Of a stretch of 64,000 bases of DNA, positions 16,822 to 26,261 are shown piece after piece; the stretch's first letter is position 1; every line of letters begins with the position of its first letter. Source of the DNA: an uncultured Bdellovibrio sp. (GTDB taxonomy: Bacteria > Bdellovibrionota > UBA1018). The notes under the pieces are model-generated. The model was not told the DNA's origin. It saw only the letters and a list, made by a program, of their open reading frames with translations, and ran no database searches. The stretch spans positions 1,192 to 65,191 of the forward strand of contig CAZBEI010000065.1 in NCBI GenBank assembly GCA_964490895.1. The letters run 5' to 3'. A program made the translations under genes and the position numbers.

Positions 16822-18546
16822 ATGACATCAAAGTGTAATACAAAAGACATTGCACTCAAGGGATTTTTCTTGGGCCCACAAGCTGAAAATGGCCCTTGGG
16901 TGTTAGAATTTATTCAAAGAGTTTTTGAGCGTTGGTTTAAGTGGAGAAGATCTCTTTATCCTGCAGATGGGAAAGGGATATCAAAATCAGATCAAAACAC
17001 CTCTGACTTTTTAGAAAGAAATCAGAATTTCAAGCTGCAGCTGGAGCGCCTCCTTTTACGTTTTGAAAACGAATTGCCAAAATTTTCTCCTCGGTACATG
17101 GGTCATATGTTTTCTGAAATTTCTCTCCCCGCACTGTTTGGACATATTGTGACCTTACTTCACAATCCCAATAATCTTTCTGGAGAATCTTCTCGAGTTG
17201 GGACTCAACTCGAAAACGAAGCCATCGGAATGTTAGCCCAAATGGTTGGTTATTCGGGAGCATGCAAAGGTCATTTTACTTCTGGGGGAACCCTTGCAAA
17301 CTTTGAAGCCATCATTCGCTCTCGAGCTCGTATTTTTTCTTGGCTTGAGCAGGGAGCCCTTGTTAAGCAAAACAACCTAAAAGAATTTGATCTTTTTTCT
17401 GCTTCACACATGGGTTGGGAATGTTTTGATCGATATCCTAAAACATTCGATGGACTCCATCTCTCTGAAAGTAATCCCTGGGAGCTTGCAAAAAAAATCG
17501 GATCTATTTTTCAGACTCCTTTTAGTGGCGGGGTCTTGCTCGTTCCAGAGAATAAACATTATTCGTGGAAAAAAGGAGTGTCTATTTTAGGACTAGGCGA
17601 TGAGGCTTTTTGGCCAATTTCATTAAACTCAGAAGGAAAACTTTGCACCCAGAGTCTCAATCAAAGAATCCATCAGGCAAGAAAAGAAAATCGGCCTATT
17701 TTTATGGTTGTCTCTGTCGCTGGAACTACGGAGCTTGGAGAAATTGACCCTGTTTCAGAAGTTCAGGAAATTTTAAATCATTGGAAAACAAACCATGGAG
17801 TTCATATTTGGCATCATGTGGATGCTGCTTATGGTGGATTTTTTTGCACACTCAAAAACCAGAACAAAAACCTCGCGGCACTTTCACAAGTAGACTCCAT
17901 TACGTTAGACCCACATAAATTAGGATATGTTCCGTTTTCATCGGGAGCTTTCTTAGTCAAAGAAAGGAGAAATTATTACATCAAGTCTTACGAAACTCCT
18001 TATCTCCAGTTTAATGAAAATGAAGACCCAGGTCCATTTACAATCGAAGGTTCTAGATCCGCAGCAGGAGCGGTGGCCACTTGGTTGACTGGGAAAACAA
18101 TTGGATTTGATGAAAATGGCTATGGACGAATTTTAGGTCGCACTTTGGACATTAAGCAAAATTTAGAAAAATTACTTCAAAAATCAAATTTGCCCATTCA
18201 AATCGCACCCCACACAGATACAAATATTCTTTGCTTTTGCGTGGTGGCCGCTCAAGGAGAACTCCTTTCGAAAACAAATGATAAAACCTTACACATCTAT
18301 GAGGCTCTTTCTGCAAAGGCAAGAGGCCCATTTATAGTCTCAAAAACAAAGCTTTATTTTAAGTCCTACAGACAGTACCTGGAGTCTTTTATTGGCTCAT
18401 GGCATGGAAAGATCGATCAGGACTCCCTTGTTTTAATCCGAATGTGCTTAATGAATCCCTTTTTTGATTCTGTAGAAATGGACGTCCAGTTTTCTCGAGA
18501 ATTTGTAGAGTGTATACGAAATTTGACTAAATATGAGGTAGGATAA
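16822..18546 (+). CDS. Pyridoxal-phosphate-dependent decarboxylase (group II, fold type I)
   Basis: 574 aa. Contains SGGTLANFEAI and DPHKLGYVP, the PLP-lysine block of group II decarboxylases. Confidence 0.7.
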   Translation: MTSKCNTKDIALKGFFLGPQAENGPWVLEFIQRVFERWFKWRRSLYPADGKGISKSDQNTSDFLERNQNFKLQLERLLLRFENELPKFSPRYMGHMFSEISLPALFGHIVTLLHNPNNLSGESSRVGTQLENEAIGMLAQMVGYSGACKGHFTSGGTLANFEAIIRSRARIFSWLEQGALVKQNNLKEFDLFSASHMGWECFDRYPKTFDGLHLSESNPWELAKKIGSIFQTPFSGGVLLVPENKHYSWKKGVSILGLGDEAFWPISLNSEGKLCTQSLNQRIHQARKENRPIFMVVSVAGTTELGEIDPVSEVQEILNHWKTNHGVHIWHHVDAAYGGFFCTLKNQNKNLAALSQVDSITLDPHKLGYVPFSSGAFLVKERRNYYIKSYETPYLQFNENEDPGPFTIEGSRSAAGAVATWLTGKTIGFDENGYGRILGRTLDIKQNLEKLLQKSNLPIQIAPHTDTNILCFCVVAAQGELLSKTNDKTLHIYEALSAKARGPFIVSKTKLYFKSYRQYLESFIGSWHGKIDQDSLVLIRMCLMNPFFDSVEMDVQFSREFVECIRNLTKYEVG

Positions 18547-18965
18547 AAGGGCCTCAAAAAGCAAAAAACTGCCACTCCAGAAACACACACATAAAGCCAC
18601 AGGCTCATTGCCCAGCGTGCGATCCTTCGATGGTGTGTATACCTTTTGGTCATCGCAAAGAACAAGCTAGTGACCACTAGTGGAGGAACCGCTGCTGCAA
18701 ATATTGTGTGTGTAAAAAGGATAGGGAAGTAGATGGACTTTATAACCCAACTCCCCTCAAAACCGACGTGTCCTACATGCATGTGGTAAATTCCATAGAG
18801 TCCGAGAAAAAGTAGAGATAAAACAAAGGCTGTGAGTACAAAAAACCGATGCACCATGGATCGTTTTTTTCGAATGAAAAAATATCCCAGTATAAGCAAA
18901 AGAGCGCTCGTTGAGTTCAGTCCTGCGTTGATGGAGGGTATGCTGTAAATGTTGATCTCACCCAT
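18417..18965 (-). CDS. DUF420-family membrane protein (accompanies caa3 oxidase clusters)
   Basis: Four TM helices. Start taken at MGEINIY with RBS AGAGGTGG; the track ORF extends to 19010. Its 3' end overlaps the convergent decarboxylase by 130 bp. Confidence 0.55.
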   Translation of the reverse strand: MGEINIYSIPSINAGLNSTSALLLILGYFFIRKKRSMVHRFFVLTAFVLSLLFLGLYGIYHMHVGHVGFEGSWVIKSIYFPILFTHTIFAAAVPPLVVTSLFFAMTKRYTHHRRIARWAMSLWLYVCVSGVAVFCFLRPFYPTSYLVKFRIHSTNSRENWTSISTESKKGFIKHIRIKTRES

Positions 18966-19142
18966 CGCCACCTCTTCCAAATTTTCTATATATCCAAAAA
19001 GCCAAGCCACACATCACCAGCGGCAGCACACTCAATAAGACTGTGACTAGAAAATAGGCATCCAAAGTGCGCCTGGGAAATCCTTGACCTGCACAAACAC
19101 TGCAAGCCCATGAGTCGTTCACTAGGACGTCCCAAAACAGAC

Positions 19143-19676
19143 TCATAAAAGATAAACCAATCCGTAAAGCAAGGGCCATAAACCAACCACAAAAAACCAA
19201 TACAAGCTTGTTGCATGGATAAAGTCTTCATTTTTAAATTCTACAAGAGCAATGCTGATTACAGCTAATCCAGCTAGCACATGAATCGCATGTGCTCCAA
19301 CAATCAGATAAAAGAAAGCGCCATAAATGCTTGAGGATGTTGTCAGCCCGTATCTCAGGAGACGCGCCCACTCGAATCCCTGAAAAGTTACAAAAAAAGA
19401 ACCCAATAAAATCGTAACGGCAAGCCAATGTCTCAACATCGTTTTTAATGCCAAGTACATCGTTACCGCACTCAATAAAAGAATCATTGTGTTAATAGCA
19501 GTTCTCTCAATCGGCAGACGTGGCTGATCAAAAGGTGGCCAGACAGCGGTGTTTGCTCGAGCAACGAGATAGGCGCTGATTAGGCCAGCAAAAAATAATG
19601 TCTCCGTTGCTAAGACCAAAAGCACTCCGAGGCTACTATTTGAAATTCTATACTTTTTTCTCACCAGGGTATTCAC
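19143..19676 (-). CDS. Second, short haem-copper oxidase subunit III-like protein
   Basis: 177 aa, five TM helices. HAIHVLAG, FEW and YWFF blocks shared with subunit III. Confidence 0.65.
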   Translation of the reverse strand: MNTLVRKKYRISNSSLGVLLVLATETLFFAGLISAYLVARANTAVWPPFDQPRLPIERTAINTMILLLSAVTMYLALKTMLRHWLAVTILLGSFFVTFQGFEWARLLRYGLTTSSSIYGAFFYLIVGAHAIHVLAGLAVISIALVEFKNEDFIHATSLYWFFVVGLWPLLYGLVYLL

Positions 19677-19682
19677 AATGAT

Positions 19683-19994
19683 TTACCTCGCTATTTTCAA
19701 ATCCACATAGACAATATCGGGTAGAACCCCGAAATACAGAAATACTAAGCACAGAGCTCCGAATCCCACGATTCCCCATACGATCTTTGGCTCCCACCGC
19801 AGATGCATGAAGTTTCCCAACACCAGCAATGTTTTTATGATGGCCAATGAAAAAATGCCTGCTACGGCCATTCTCTTGTTTCCCATAAATCCAATTGCTA
19901 GACTGACTGCCAAAAGCGCAACCAATACTGCCCAGACCATGATGTAGTTGGGATGTCCGTGGTAATTAGATTTCATATTTTCCTCCATTGCCAT
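19683..19994 (-). CDS. Cytochrome c oxidase subunit IV (prokaryotic caa3-type, CoxD/CtaF)
   Basis: 103 aa, three TM helices. Sits between the two subunit III genes; start abuts the coxC stop. Confidence 0.6.
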   Translation of the reverse strand: MAMEENMKSNYHGHPNYIMVWAVLVALLAVSLAIGFMGNKRMAVAGIFSLAIIKTLLVLGNFMHLRWEPKIVWGIVGFGALCLVFLYFGVLPDIVYVDLKIAR

Positions 19995-20579
19995 TCACTT
20001 CGCGATATAAAGAAGCGGAAATAGAAAAATCCAAACGATGTCGACGAAATGCCAGTAAAGGCCGACCATCTCAACCCGATGCAAATTCTCTCCTTTTGCT
20101 GCCTGTTTCATGATCACGAACATGGCAATCATTCCAGCCAACACGTGTGTTGCATGCAGGCCAGTCATTAGATAATAAAAACTCCAAAATAGATTTGATG
20201 TAAACGTAAACCCATGCGAAATTTCAGAGTTGTATTCGATCGCCTTAACAATCAAGAACAGAAGTCCCATGAGAATCGTAGCCGTCATATATTTTACAAC
20301 ACGTTTACGATTTCCATAAGTGGCGGCTTGGTGGGCAAGCACCACGCTTAGGCTACTCGTGAGCAAAACCAGTGTATTGAGCGCTCCCAGTGGAGTAGAC
20401 GTGTGCTCTGCATACTCACCCCAATGAGGAAATCTTGTACGGTATAATATATAGGTACAGATCAAACCTCCAAAAATGACGACTTCGGATGCGATCAACC
20501 ACCACATTGCAATTCTTCCATTGGGAACATCTGAAATCGTCGGATGGGGACTCACTTCGCTTGTGATTGCATCGCTCAT
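19995..20579 (-). CDS. coxC: Cytochrome c oxidase subunit III
   Basis: 194 aa. Conserved LHATHVLAG and YWHFVD motifs. Confidence 0.8.
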   Translation of the reverse strand: MSDAITSEVSPHPTISDVPNGRIAMWWLIASEVVIFGGLICTYILYRTRFPHWGEYAEHTSTPLGALNTLVLLTSSLSVVLAHQAATYGNRKRVVKYMTATILMGLLFLIVKAIEYNSEISHGFTFTSNLFWSFYYLMTGLHATHVLAGMIAMFVIMKQAAKGENLHRVEMVGLYWHFVDIVWIFLFPLLYIAK

Positions 20580-20594
20580 ATTTTTTTCCTCAAT

Positions 20595-22280
20595 TTAGCT
20601 GGGTACATTTTGAGGCCACCAGTCTTCGCTCCGGCCTGGCACACTGTACTCATATGCTCCTCGATAAATGCATGGAACCGTTTCGAAGTTTCCGTGTGGA
20701 GGTGGTGACGACACTGTCCACTCCAGCGTATTGGCTTGCCAAGGATTTTTACCCGCTTCTTTTCCTTTGAAGTAACTGACTATGAAATTGAATACAAAAA
20801 TCAACTGAGCTGTGATCATGCAGATCGCAGATATTGTTGCAATCTCCCGGTACCGACGAAGCTCAGGGGTCATCAGAGAAGGCCATGCCGAATAATCAAA
20901 GATGCGTCGATGTTCGCCTGCGAGACCCCCAAAAAATAAAGGCATGACCATGGTATTGAAGAAAATAGTCGTCAACCAGAAGTGAACCTTTCCCAAAGTT
21001 TCGGAGAGCATTTTTCCGGTAAACTTTGGATACCAATAATAAACAGCGGCAAATCCACCAAAAACGACAGTTGGGATCAAAGTATAATGAAAGTGCGCGA
21101 CTACAAAATAAGTGTCATGAGCGTAGATATCAAAAGCGCTCGATCCAAGGTATATCCCGGTTACTCCTCCAAGCAAAAACTCCCCGATAAAGCCAAGAGC
21201 AAATAACATGGGCGATGTAAACTGGATCGAGCCCTTCCATAATGTTGCAATACAAGAAAAGATAATCACAGCAAATGGAATCGAAATCATGATTGTAGTA
21301 ATACTAAAAAATGTGGCCATCCTCGGATCAATGCCTGCGACAAACTGATGGTGTGCCCAAACGATGAACGAAAGCACACCCGCGATCATCGTCGAATAAA
21401 TGATCATTTTATAACCAAAAATCGGTTTTCTCGAAAATGTTGAGAGAATTTCGGCGAGAAATCCAATAGCAGGGAGCAATAAAACATAGACCTCGGGATG
21501 CCCAAAAAACCAAAACAAATGTTGAAACAAAATGGGGTCGCCACCCACTGCTGGATTATAAAATCCTGTCCCTACAGTTCGATCAAGTAAAAGCATCACA
21601 GCGCCAGCAATCAAAGGTCCTACCGAAAACATAAAAATCAATATGGAGATAATGAACATCCAAATTACAACCGGCATTCGAAACCAACTCATGCCTGGCG
21701 CTCGCATGTTAAAGGAAGTCACAAGAAAATTGATTCCACCCATCAAAAAAGCGATGAACTCAAGGGCAACAGCGAGAATCCAAAGATTGCCACCCATCCC
21801 AGAAAAAAAATCAAGTCGTCCATTGTATCCACCAGCAGAAAGGGGTGGATAGGCAGTCCAACCCCCACCAAACGCTCCACCAGGAGCCAAAAATGACAGA
21901 GTTAGAATGACAGTGCTTAGAAAAAAAACCCAGTATGACATCATATTCAAAGTGGGAAATGCCATGTCTTCAGTACCAATCATGAGCGGAATGAGGAGAT
22001 TTCCGAAGCCCGCTAAAAGCAGTGGCATAGCCACCCAAAAAATCATAATCGTACCGTGCATTGTAACAAAAGTGTTGTACTGGCTAGCATCAAGCGAACC
22101 AAAACCCGGGATGGAGTGTCCTGGATACGCAAGTTGCATACGAAAAACATAAGACAAGTATCCACCGACAAATGCCATCACGAGCGCTGTGAGGATGTAC
22201 TGAGTACCGATTACTTTATGATCTGTAGAAAAAATATATTTTTTCCAGAAACTAGTGTGCGAAGTTGACATTCTAGACAT
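20595..22280 (-). CDS. coxA: Cytochrome c oxidase subunit I (haem-copper oxidase catalytic subunit)
   Basis: 561 aa, 12 TM helices. GHPEVY, WAHHMF-like HH pair and FFGHPEVY blocks. Confidence 0.9.
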   Translation of the reverse strand: MSRMSTSHTSFWKKYIFSTDHKVIGTQYILTALVMAFVGGYLSYVFRMQLAYPGHSIPGFGSLDASQYNTFVTMHGTIMIFWVAMPLLLAGFGNLLIPLMIGTEDMAFPTLNMMSYWVFFLSTVILTLSFLAPGGAFGGGWTAYPPLSAGGYNGRLDFFSGMGGNLWILAVALEFIAFLMGGINFLVTSFNMRAPGMSWFRMPVVIWMFIISILIFMFSVGPLIAGAVMLLLDRTVGTGFYNPAVGGDPILFQHLFWFFGHPEVYVLLLPAIGFLAEILSTFSRKPIFGYKMIIYSTMIAGVLSFIVWAHHQFVAGIDPRMATFFSITTIMISIPFAVIIFSCIATLWKGSIQFTSPMLFALGFIGEFLLGGVTGIYLGSSAFDIYAHDTYFVVAHFHYTLIPTVVFGGFAAVYYWYPKFTGKMLSETLGKVHFWLTTIFFNTMVMPLFFGGLAGEHRRIFDYSAWPSLMTPELRRYREIATISAICMITAQLIFVFNFIVSYFKGKEAGKNPWQANTLEWTVSSPPPHGNFETVPCIYRGAYEYSVPGRSEDWWPQNVPS

Positions 22281-22286
22281 TCTCCT

Positions 22287-23270
22287 TCATTTTACAGTCT
22301 TCAAATATTCCACGATAGCGTCTACCTCACCCTCAGTGAGGCCACCCCGCTGGGGTGGCATAAGGGGTTGGTATCCTTTTACGATGTCTACATTTGGTTC
22401 TAGAATCGATCGTCGGATATAGGCTTCGTCTGCAATAATTTCGTGTTCTTTTCCACCTGTGAGAACCACTGTTTTTCGTCCAAAAATTCCTTTATAGGAT
22501 GGACCCACAACTTTTGCTCCATCAACGCTGTGACAAGCGAGGCAGCCTTTTATTTTTACAAGCTGCATTCCTTTTGTTGCTGTTCCCAGACTGAGATTGT
22601 TCTCGTCAGGTAAATCAGGATTGTTGCGCCAACGGTCATAGTCTTCTTGCGACTCGACGATCAGTGTCCCACTCATTACGGTGTGTCCAACTCCACAAAT
22701 TTCAGCACAGGCAATCTCGTATTGTCCAATCTTATTGGCCACAAACCAGCCTGTGATGGTTCGGCCCGGCACAACATCTTGTTTGAGCCTCAGGCTGGGA
22801 ACCCAAAAACTATGCAGTACATCTTTAGATTCGAGATGAAAAACGATGGTCTTATTTACCGGCACGTGAAAGTCGTTTATTTTTTTTAGTTCGCCTTTGC
22901 TCTCAAACCTGCCGTTATTGTCAGGATAAGTAAAAAGCCACGAAAATTGTTGAGCAGTGACTCTTACAACAATGTCTCCTTTTGGAGTTGAGCCCTTAAT
23001 CTTTTCCCATGCATCAGTAGTCCGAAAGTCGATATAGAAATCCATTACAATGATAATAAGTACGGGAACAATAACCCATTTTACTTGGTGCCAAGAATTT
23101 CCAAGGATGTAGTTTGCTTTTTCTCCAGATTGCCTGCGAAATTTCACTAAAGAGTAAAAGAATATCGCTAGGACTACAAAAAGGCAGACTCCAACCAAGA
23201 TGGTGATCAAAATGGCAAGAGAGTCAATCTCAGAACCAAAACTTGATACATTTTCGGGCATGAACATCAT
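22287..23270 (-). CDS. coxB: Cytochrome c oxidase subunit II with fused C-terminal cytochrome c domain (caa3-type)
   Basis: CuA site H..CAEICGVGHTVM. C-terminal CLACH haem c motif. Confidence 0.85.
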   Translation of the reverse strand: MMFMPENVSSFGSEIDSLAILITILVGVCLFVVLAIFFYSLVKFRRQSGEKANYILGNSWHQVKWVIVPVLIIIVMDFYIDFRTTDAWEKIKGSTPKGDIVVRVTAQQFSWLFTYPDNNGRFESKGELKKINDFHVPVNKTIVFHLESKDVLHSFWVPSLRLKQDVVPGRTITGWFVANKIGQYEIACAEICGVGHTVMSGTLIVESQEDYDRWRNNPDLPDENNLSLGTATKGMQLVKIKGCLACHSVDGAKVVGPSYKGIFGRKTVVLTGGKEHEIIADEAYIRRSILEPNVDIVKGYQPLMPPQRGGLTEGEVDAIVEYLKTVK

Positions 23271-24004
23271 ACAATCTTTCTTTCAAATTCATCCAAAGAC
23301 CCATAAAGCTGACTTACATTTTCTAAAATAAAAATCCGATCTTGAAATCTATCGACTTGAAATTCCTGGTTTCGGATGATTTCTAAATTGAACGGAAGGA
23401 CTTCGGGTTCATCACTTAAGGCATAGCGACACTCAGCAAATGACGAAGCAATTCCCGCTCCAAAGATGCGTTTTCCTTTTGGAGTTTTGATCAATGCAAA
23501 TTCGACAGTGAACCAAAAGAGGCGTTCAAACTGACGAAGGATCTCAGGGTTATTTACAAATCGTGAGGCTCTTTCTCCAAACCTATGGCAGAAATCTGCA
23601 TAAGCAATGTCTGTAAAAAAAGGGAGATGTCCATAGAGATCATGAAATACGTCAGGTGCTGGCGTGTAGGACAAATCCTTTGGGTCACGAATAAAATTAC
23701 CTATCGGAAACTCCCGCCTTGCAAGCATGGGGAAAAAATCGATGGCATCTTCTAGTCCTTCGACTGGAACTCCTCTAAAGCCGGTTTTTTTTTGGAGAAT
23801 AAAATTTACTGTATCGAGGTCAGGAACGTGTTTAGAGCTGAGGCCTAAACTTTTCACTCCGTCTGAAAAAAGATCGACAATTTGCTCTGCTCTTTTTGGG
23901 GTCTGGCGTTCAAAGAGTAAGCTCCAGACCTGGTGCTCTTCGGGCGTAAACTTTCGAAAAACAACTCCACCCATATTACCGTTCTCCAGATTCGAACATT
24001 CCAC
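23267..24004 (-). CDS. phhA: Phenylalanine 4-hydroxylase (pterin-dependent aromatic amino-acid hydroxylase)
   Basis: PDVFHDLYGHLPFF, the iron-binding 2-His motif of the aromatic amino-acid hydroxylase family. About 245 aa, bacterial PhhA size. Confidence 0.75.
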   Translation of the reverse strand: MECSNLENGNMGGVVFRKFTPEEHQVWSLLFERQTPKRAEQIVDLFSDGVKSLGLSSKHVPDLDTVNFILQKKTGFRGVPVEGLEDAIDFFPMLARREFPIGNFIRDPKDLSYTPAPDVFHDLYGHLPFFTDIAYADFCHRFGERASRFVNNPEILRQFERLFWFTVEFALIKTPKGKRIFGAGIASSFAECRYALSDEPEVLPFNLEIIRNQEFQVDRFQDRIFILENVSQLYGSLDEFERKIV

Positions 24005-25067
24005 GCCTCATTTGATCGCGTTCGATAGATTTAAAGAGCGCTAGAAAGTTGCCCTCGCCAAATGAGAAATAATTTTTTCTCTGGATAATTTCAATGAAAA
24101 TAGGACCTATCAGGTTTTTAGTGAAAATTTGGAGAAGGTAGCCATTTTTATCTCCATCTACTAAGACGTTGTGGCTTTGGATACTTTTGTGGTCTTCGGT
24201 GACATTGGGGACACGGTTAAAAACTTCGCGATAATAGTCATCGTCAATATCTAGCATTTCTATAGAGGTCCCACTCAATCTATCAAGTGAGGCCAGAATA
24301 TCGCTGGTCAGAAAAGCAAGGTGTTGGATGCCTGGGCCATTATATTCTCTGAGATATTCGTTGATTTGTGATTTTTCTTCGTCTGCTTCGTTAATGGGAA
24401 TGCAAAACTTTCCACAAGGAGAGCGTAAAGCATAGGACTGAAGTCCAGTTTTCATCCCTCGGATATCAAAGTATCGGACTTCGGTGAAACCGAAGATCGT
24501 TTTATAAAACTCTGCCCACTCTCGCATCGTTCCTTTGGCTACATTGTTTGTAAGATGATCGATGGACAGAAATCCTTTGGACGGGACAAGATCGGGCTTA
24601 AAAAGATTTTCAAACTGTAGTTTTTCGTAAAGGTCTTGGTCATTGTAGTTTTCTATAAAATAAATGGGACTATCCCCAATCCCATAAATTGCAGGACACT
24701 CTATGCCTGCGGCGGTAATATAATCCCCGCCCCGGTAAACCCTTGCTCCTTTTGCGATGGCTGTATTCAAAGCGTGAGCAGCATTTTTCACTCGCCATCC
24801 CATAGAACAGATCGACGGTCCATGGACATGTCCAAAGCGAGTTCCAGAAGAGTCGGGCTCATTATTCAAAAGAAAACGGATGTCATTTTGTTGATAGTAG
24901 TCGATTTTTCTCGTCTCGTGGTGCTTGACTCTAGAAAAACCAAACTCTAAGAATAATTCGTGAAGTATGCCTGGATTTCGAGATGTAAATTCTACAAACT
25001 CAATTCCGTCTAATTCCAGTGGATTGCTTGTCACTGACTTCTCCTTTATTTCTGCCAGCTTTTCCAA
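23976..25067 (-). CDS. hppD: 4-hydroxyphenylpyruvate dioxygenase
   Basis: 363 aa, two vicinal-oxygen-chelate modules. C-terminal GPGIQHLAF and EIIQR..FGEGNF match the HPPD signature. Confidence 0.8.
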   Translation of the reverse strand: MEKLAEIKEKSVTSNPLELDGIEFVEFTSRNPGILHELFLEFGFSRVKHHETRKIDYYQQNDIRFLLNNEPDSSGTRFGHVHGPSICSMGWRVKNAAHALNTAIAKGARVYRGGDYITAAGIECPAIYGIGDSPIYFIENYNDQDLYEKLQFENLFKPDLVPSKGFLSIDHLTNNVAKGTMREWAEFYKTIFGFTEVRYFDIRGMKTGLQSYALRSPCGKFCIPINEADEEKSQINEYLREYNGPGIQHLAFLTSDILASLDRLSGTSIEMLDIDDDYYREVFNRVPNVTEDHKSIQSHNVLVDGDKNGYLLQIFTKNLIGPIFIEIIQRKNYFSFGEGNFLALFKSIERDQMRRGMFESGER

Positions 25068-26158
25068 TAGTCACTCAGTTCTACAGTTTCGGCGTGCGGG
25101 GTTTTCTTGAGAGTGTTTCGCGCATCAATCATGACCGCCACCTCATCAGTTCTCTGTATTTCTCTGGCTCTTTCGATTGCTTTTCGTTGTGGACCATGTT
25201 GAATACCTTGAGGATGAAAGGTGATCATCCCCTCCTTAATGCCCGCCCGACTGAAAAACTGGCCGCTGTGATAAAAAATCACTTCATCAAAGTCGATGTT
25301 GAGATGATAAAACGGCACTTTCATCGCTTGAGGATCCCCATTTTCAAGGGGCCGAGGAAGAAACGTGCAGATCACAAAATTGTTTGCAACAAATGTCGTG
25401 TGAGCAGAGGGTGGAAGGTGGTAACGGTCTGCAGATACAGGTCTAATGTCTCGAACATTAAGTTGCCATACTGATAATGTGCCTTTCCAACCTACTGCAT
25501 TGAGCGGATGAAAGGGATATAAAACGCGCGTGATCTCTCCGCAGTGTTGAATTCTGAGTTCATACTTTCCATTTGATTTATGCTCCATTTTTTCTGGCTC
25601 TGGTGTTGGAACACGAATCACTGCTGGATCAAATAGAGCGTGCTGTCCCAGCATCCCTTTTTCTGGAAAACAAACTTCGCTATAGGCTTCTATCAGTAGG
25701 GAGTGGGTTTCTTCCCGAGGATCAAATCGATAAACTGTACCTCTAGGAATAACAAGGTAGTCCCCAGGTTCGTAGACAAGAGGACCAAAGTCTGTTTCAA
25801 TTCGACCTTTGCCTGCATGGATGAAAAAAATTTCATCAGCGTCAGCATTTCTAAAGAAATACTGCATCTGGTTTTTTAGTCGGAAAAAAGAAATGCGAAC
25901 ATCGTCATTGTAGAGATAGCTTTGTCTGGCTTCAAGGTAATCTTGAGAAATATCCGTCACAGATCGAGCAAGATCGTAGGCTTGAGGCTTGAGGGGGCCT
26001 TCAATTTCAAGCCACTCAACAAGGGGTCGAGTACGGTAAAAGTGGGCGTACCTCCCTGAAAAACCATTTCTGGCATACTCCTCTTCGCTGGTTCCCTCTG
26101 GTATGCCCACATGAGCTTGATGAGCCACCTTCCCTTTGATGTGGGGGATTTGCATTAG
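25046..26158 (-). CDS. hmgA: Homogentisate 1,2-dioxygenase
   Basis: Cupin-fold HGO blocks (FFRNADADEIFFIHAGKG, FHPQGIQHGP). Start placed at MQIPHIKG with RBS GGAAAGAGGA. The longer track ORF (to 26290) would overlap the divergent LysR gene. Confidence 0.75.
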   Translation of the reverse strand, partial: LMQIPHIKGKVAHQAHVGIPEGTSEEEYARNGFSGRYAHFYRTRPLVEWLEIEGPLKPQAYDLARSVTDISQDYLEARQSYLYNDDVRISFFRLKNQMQYFFRNADADEIFFIHAGKGRIETDFGPLVYEPGDYLVIPRGTVYRFDPREETHSLLIEAYSEVCFPEKGMLGQHALFDPAVIRVPTPEPEKMEHKSNGKYELRIQHCGEITRVLYPFHPLNAVGWKGTLSVWQLNVRDIRPVSADRYHLPPSAHTTFVANNFVICTFLPRPLENGDPQAMKVPFYHLNIDFDEVIFYHSGQFFSRAGIKEGMITFHPQGIQHGPQRKAIERAREIQRTDEVAVMIDARNTLKKTPHAETVELSDYWKSWQK

Positions 26159-26261
26159 AATCCTCTTTCCTTTGGAAACAAGTATAGAAAATTTTCTGTA
26201 TATTAAAAGTATAGAAAACAGTGTAAGACTGTAAAAAAAACTCACAAAGAGGAAACTACCC

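Noticed and set aside
18958-19231. Two overlapping ~80-aa minus-strand ORFs between DUF420 and the second subunit-III gene
   Set aside because: They fall in a short intergenic / 3' region, are Cys/Trp-rich and low-complexity, and have no RBS. Probably non-coding.
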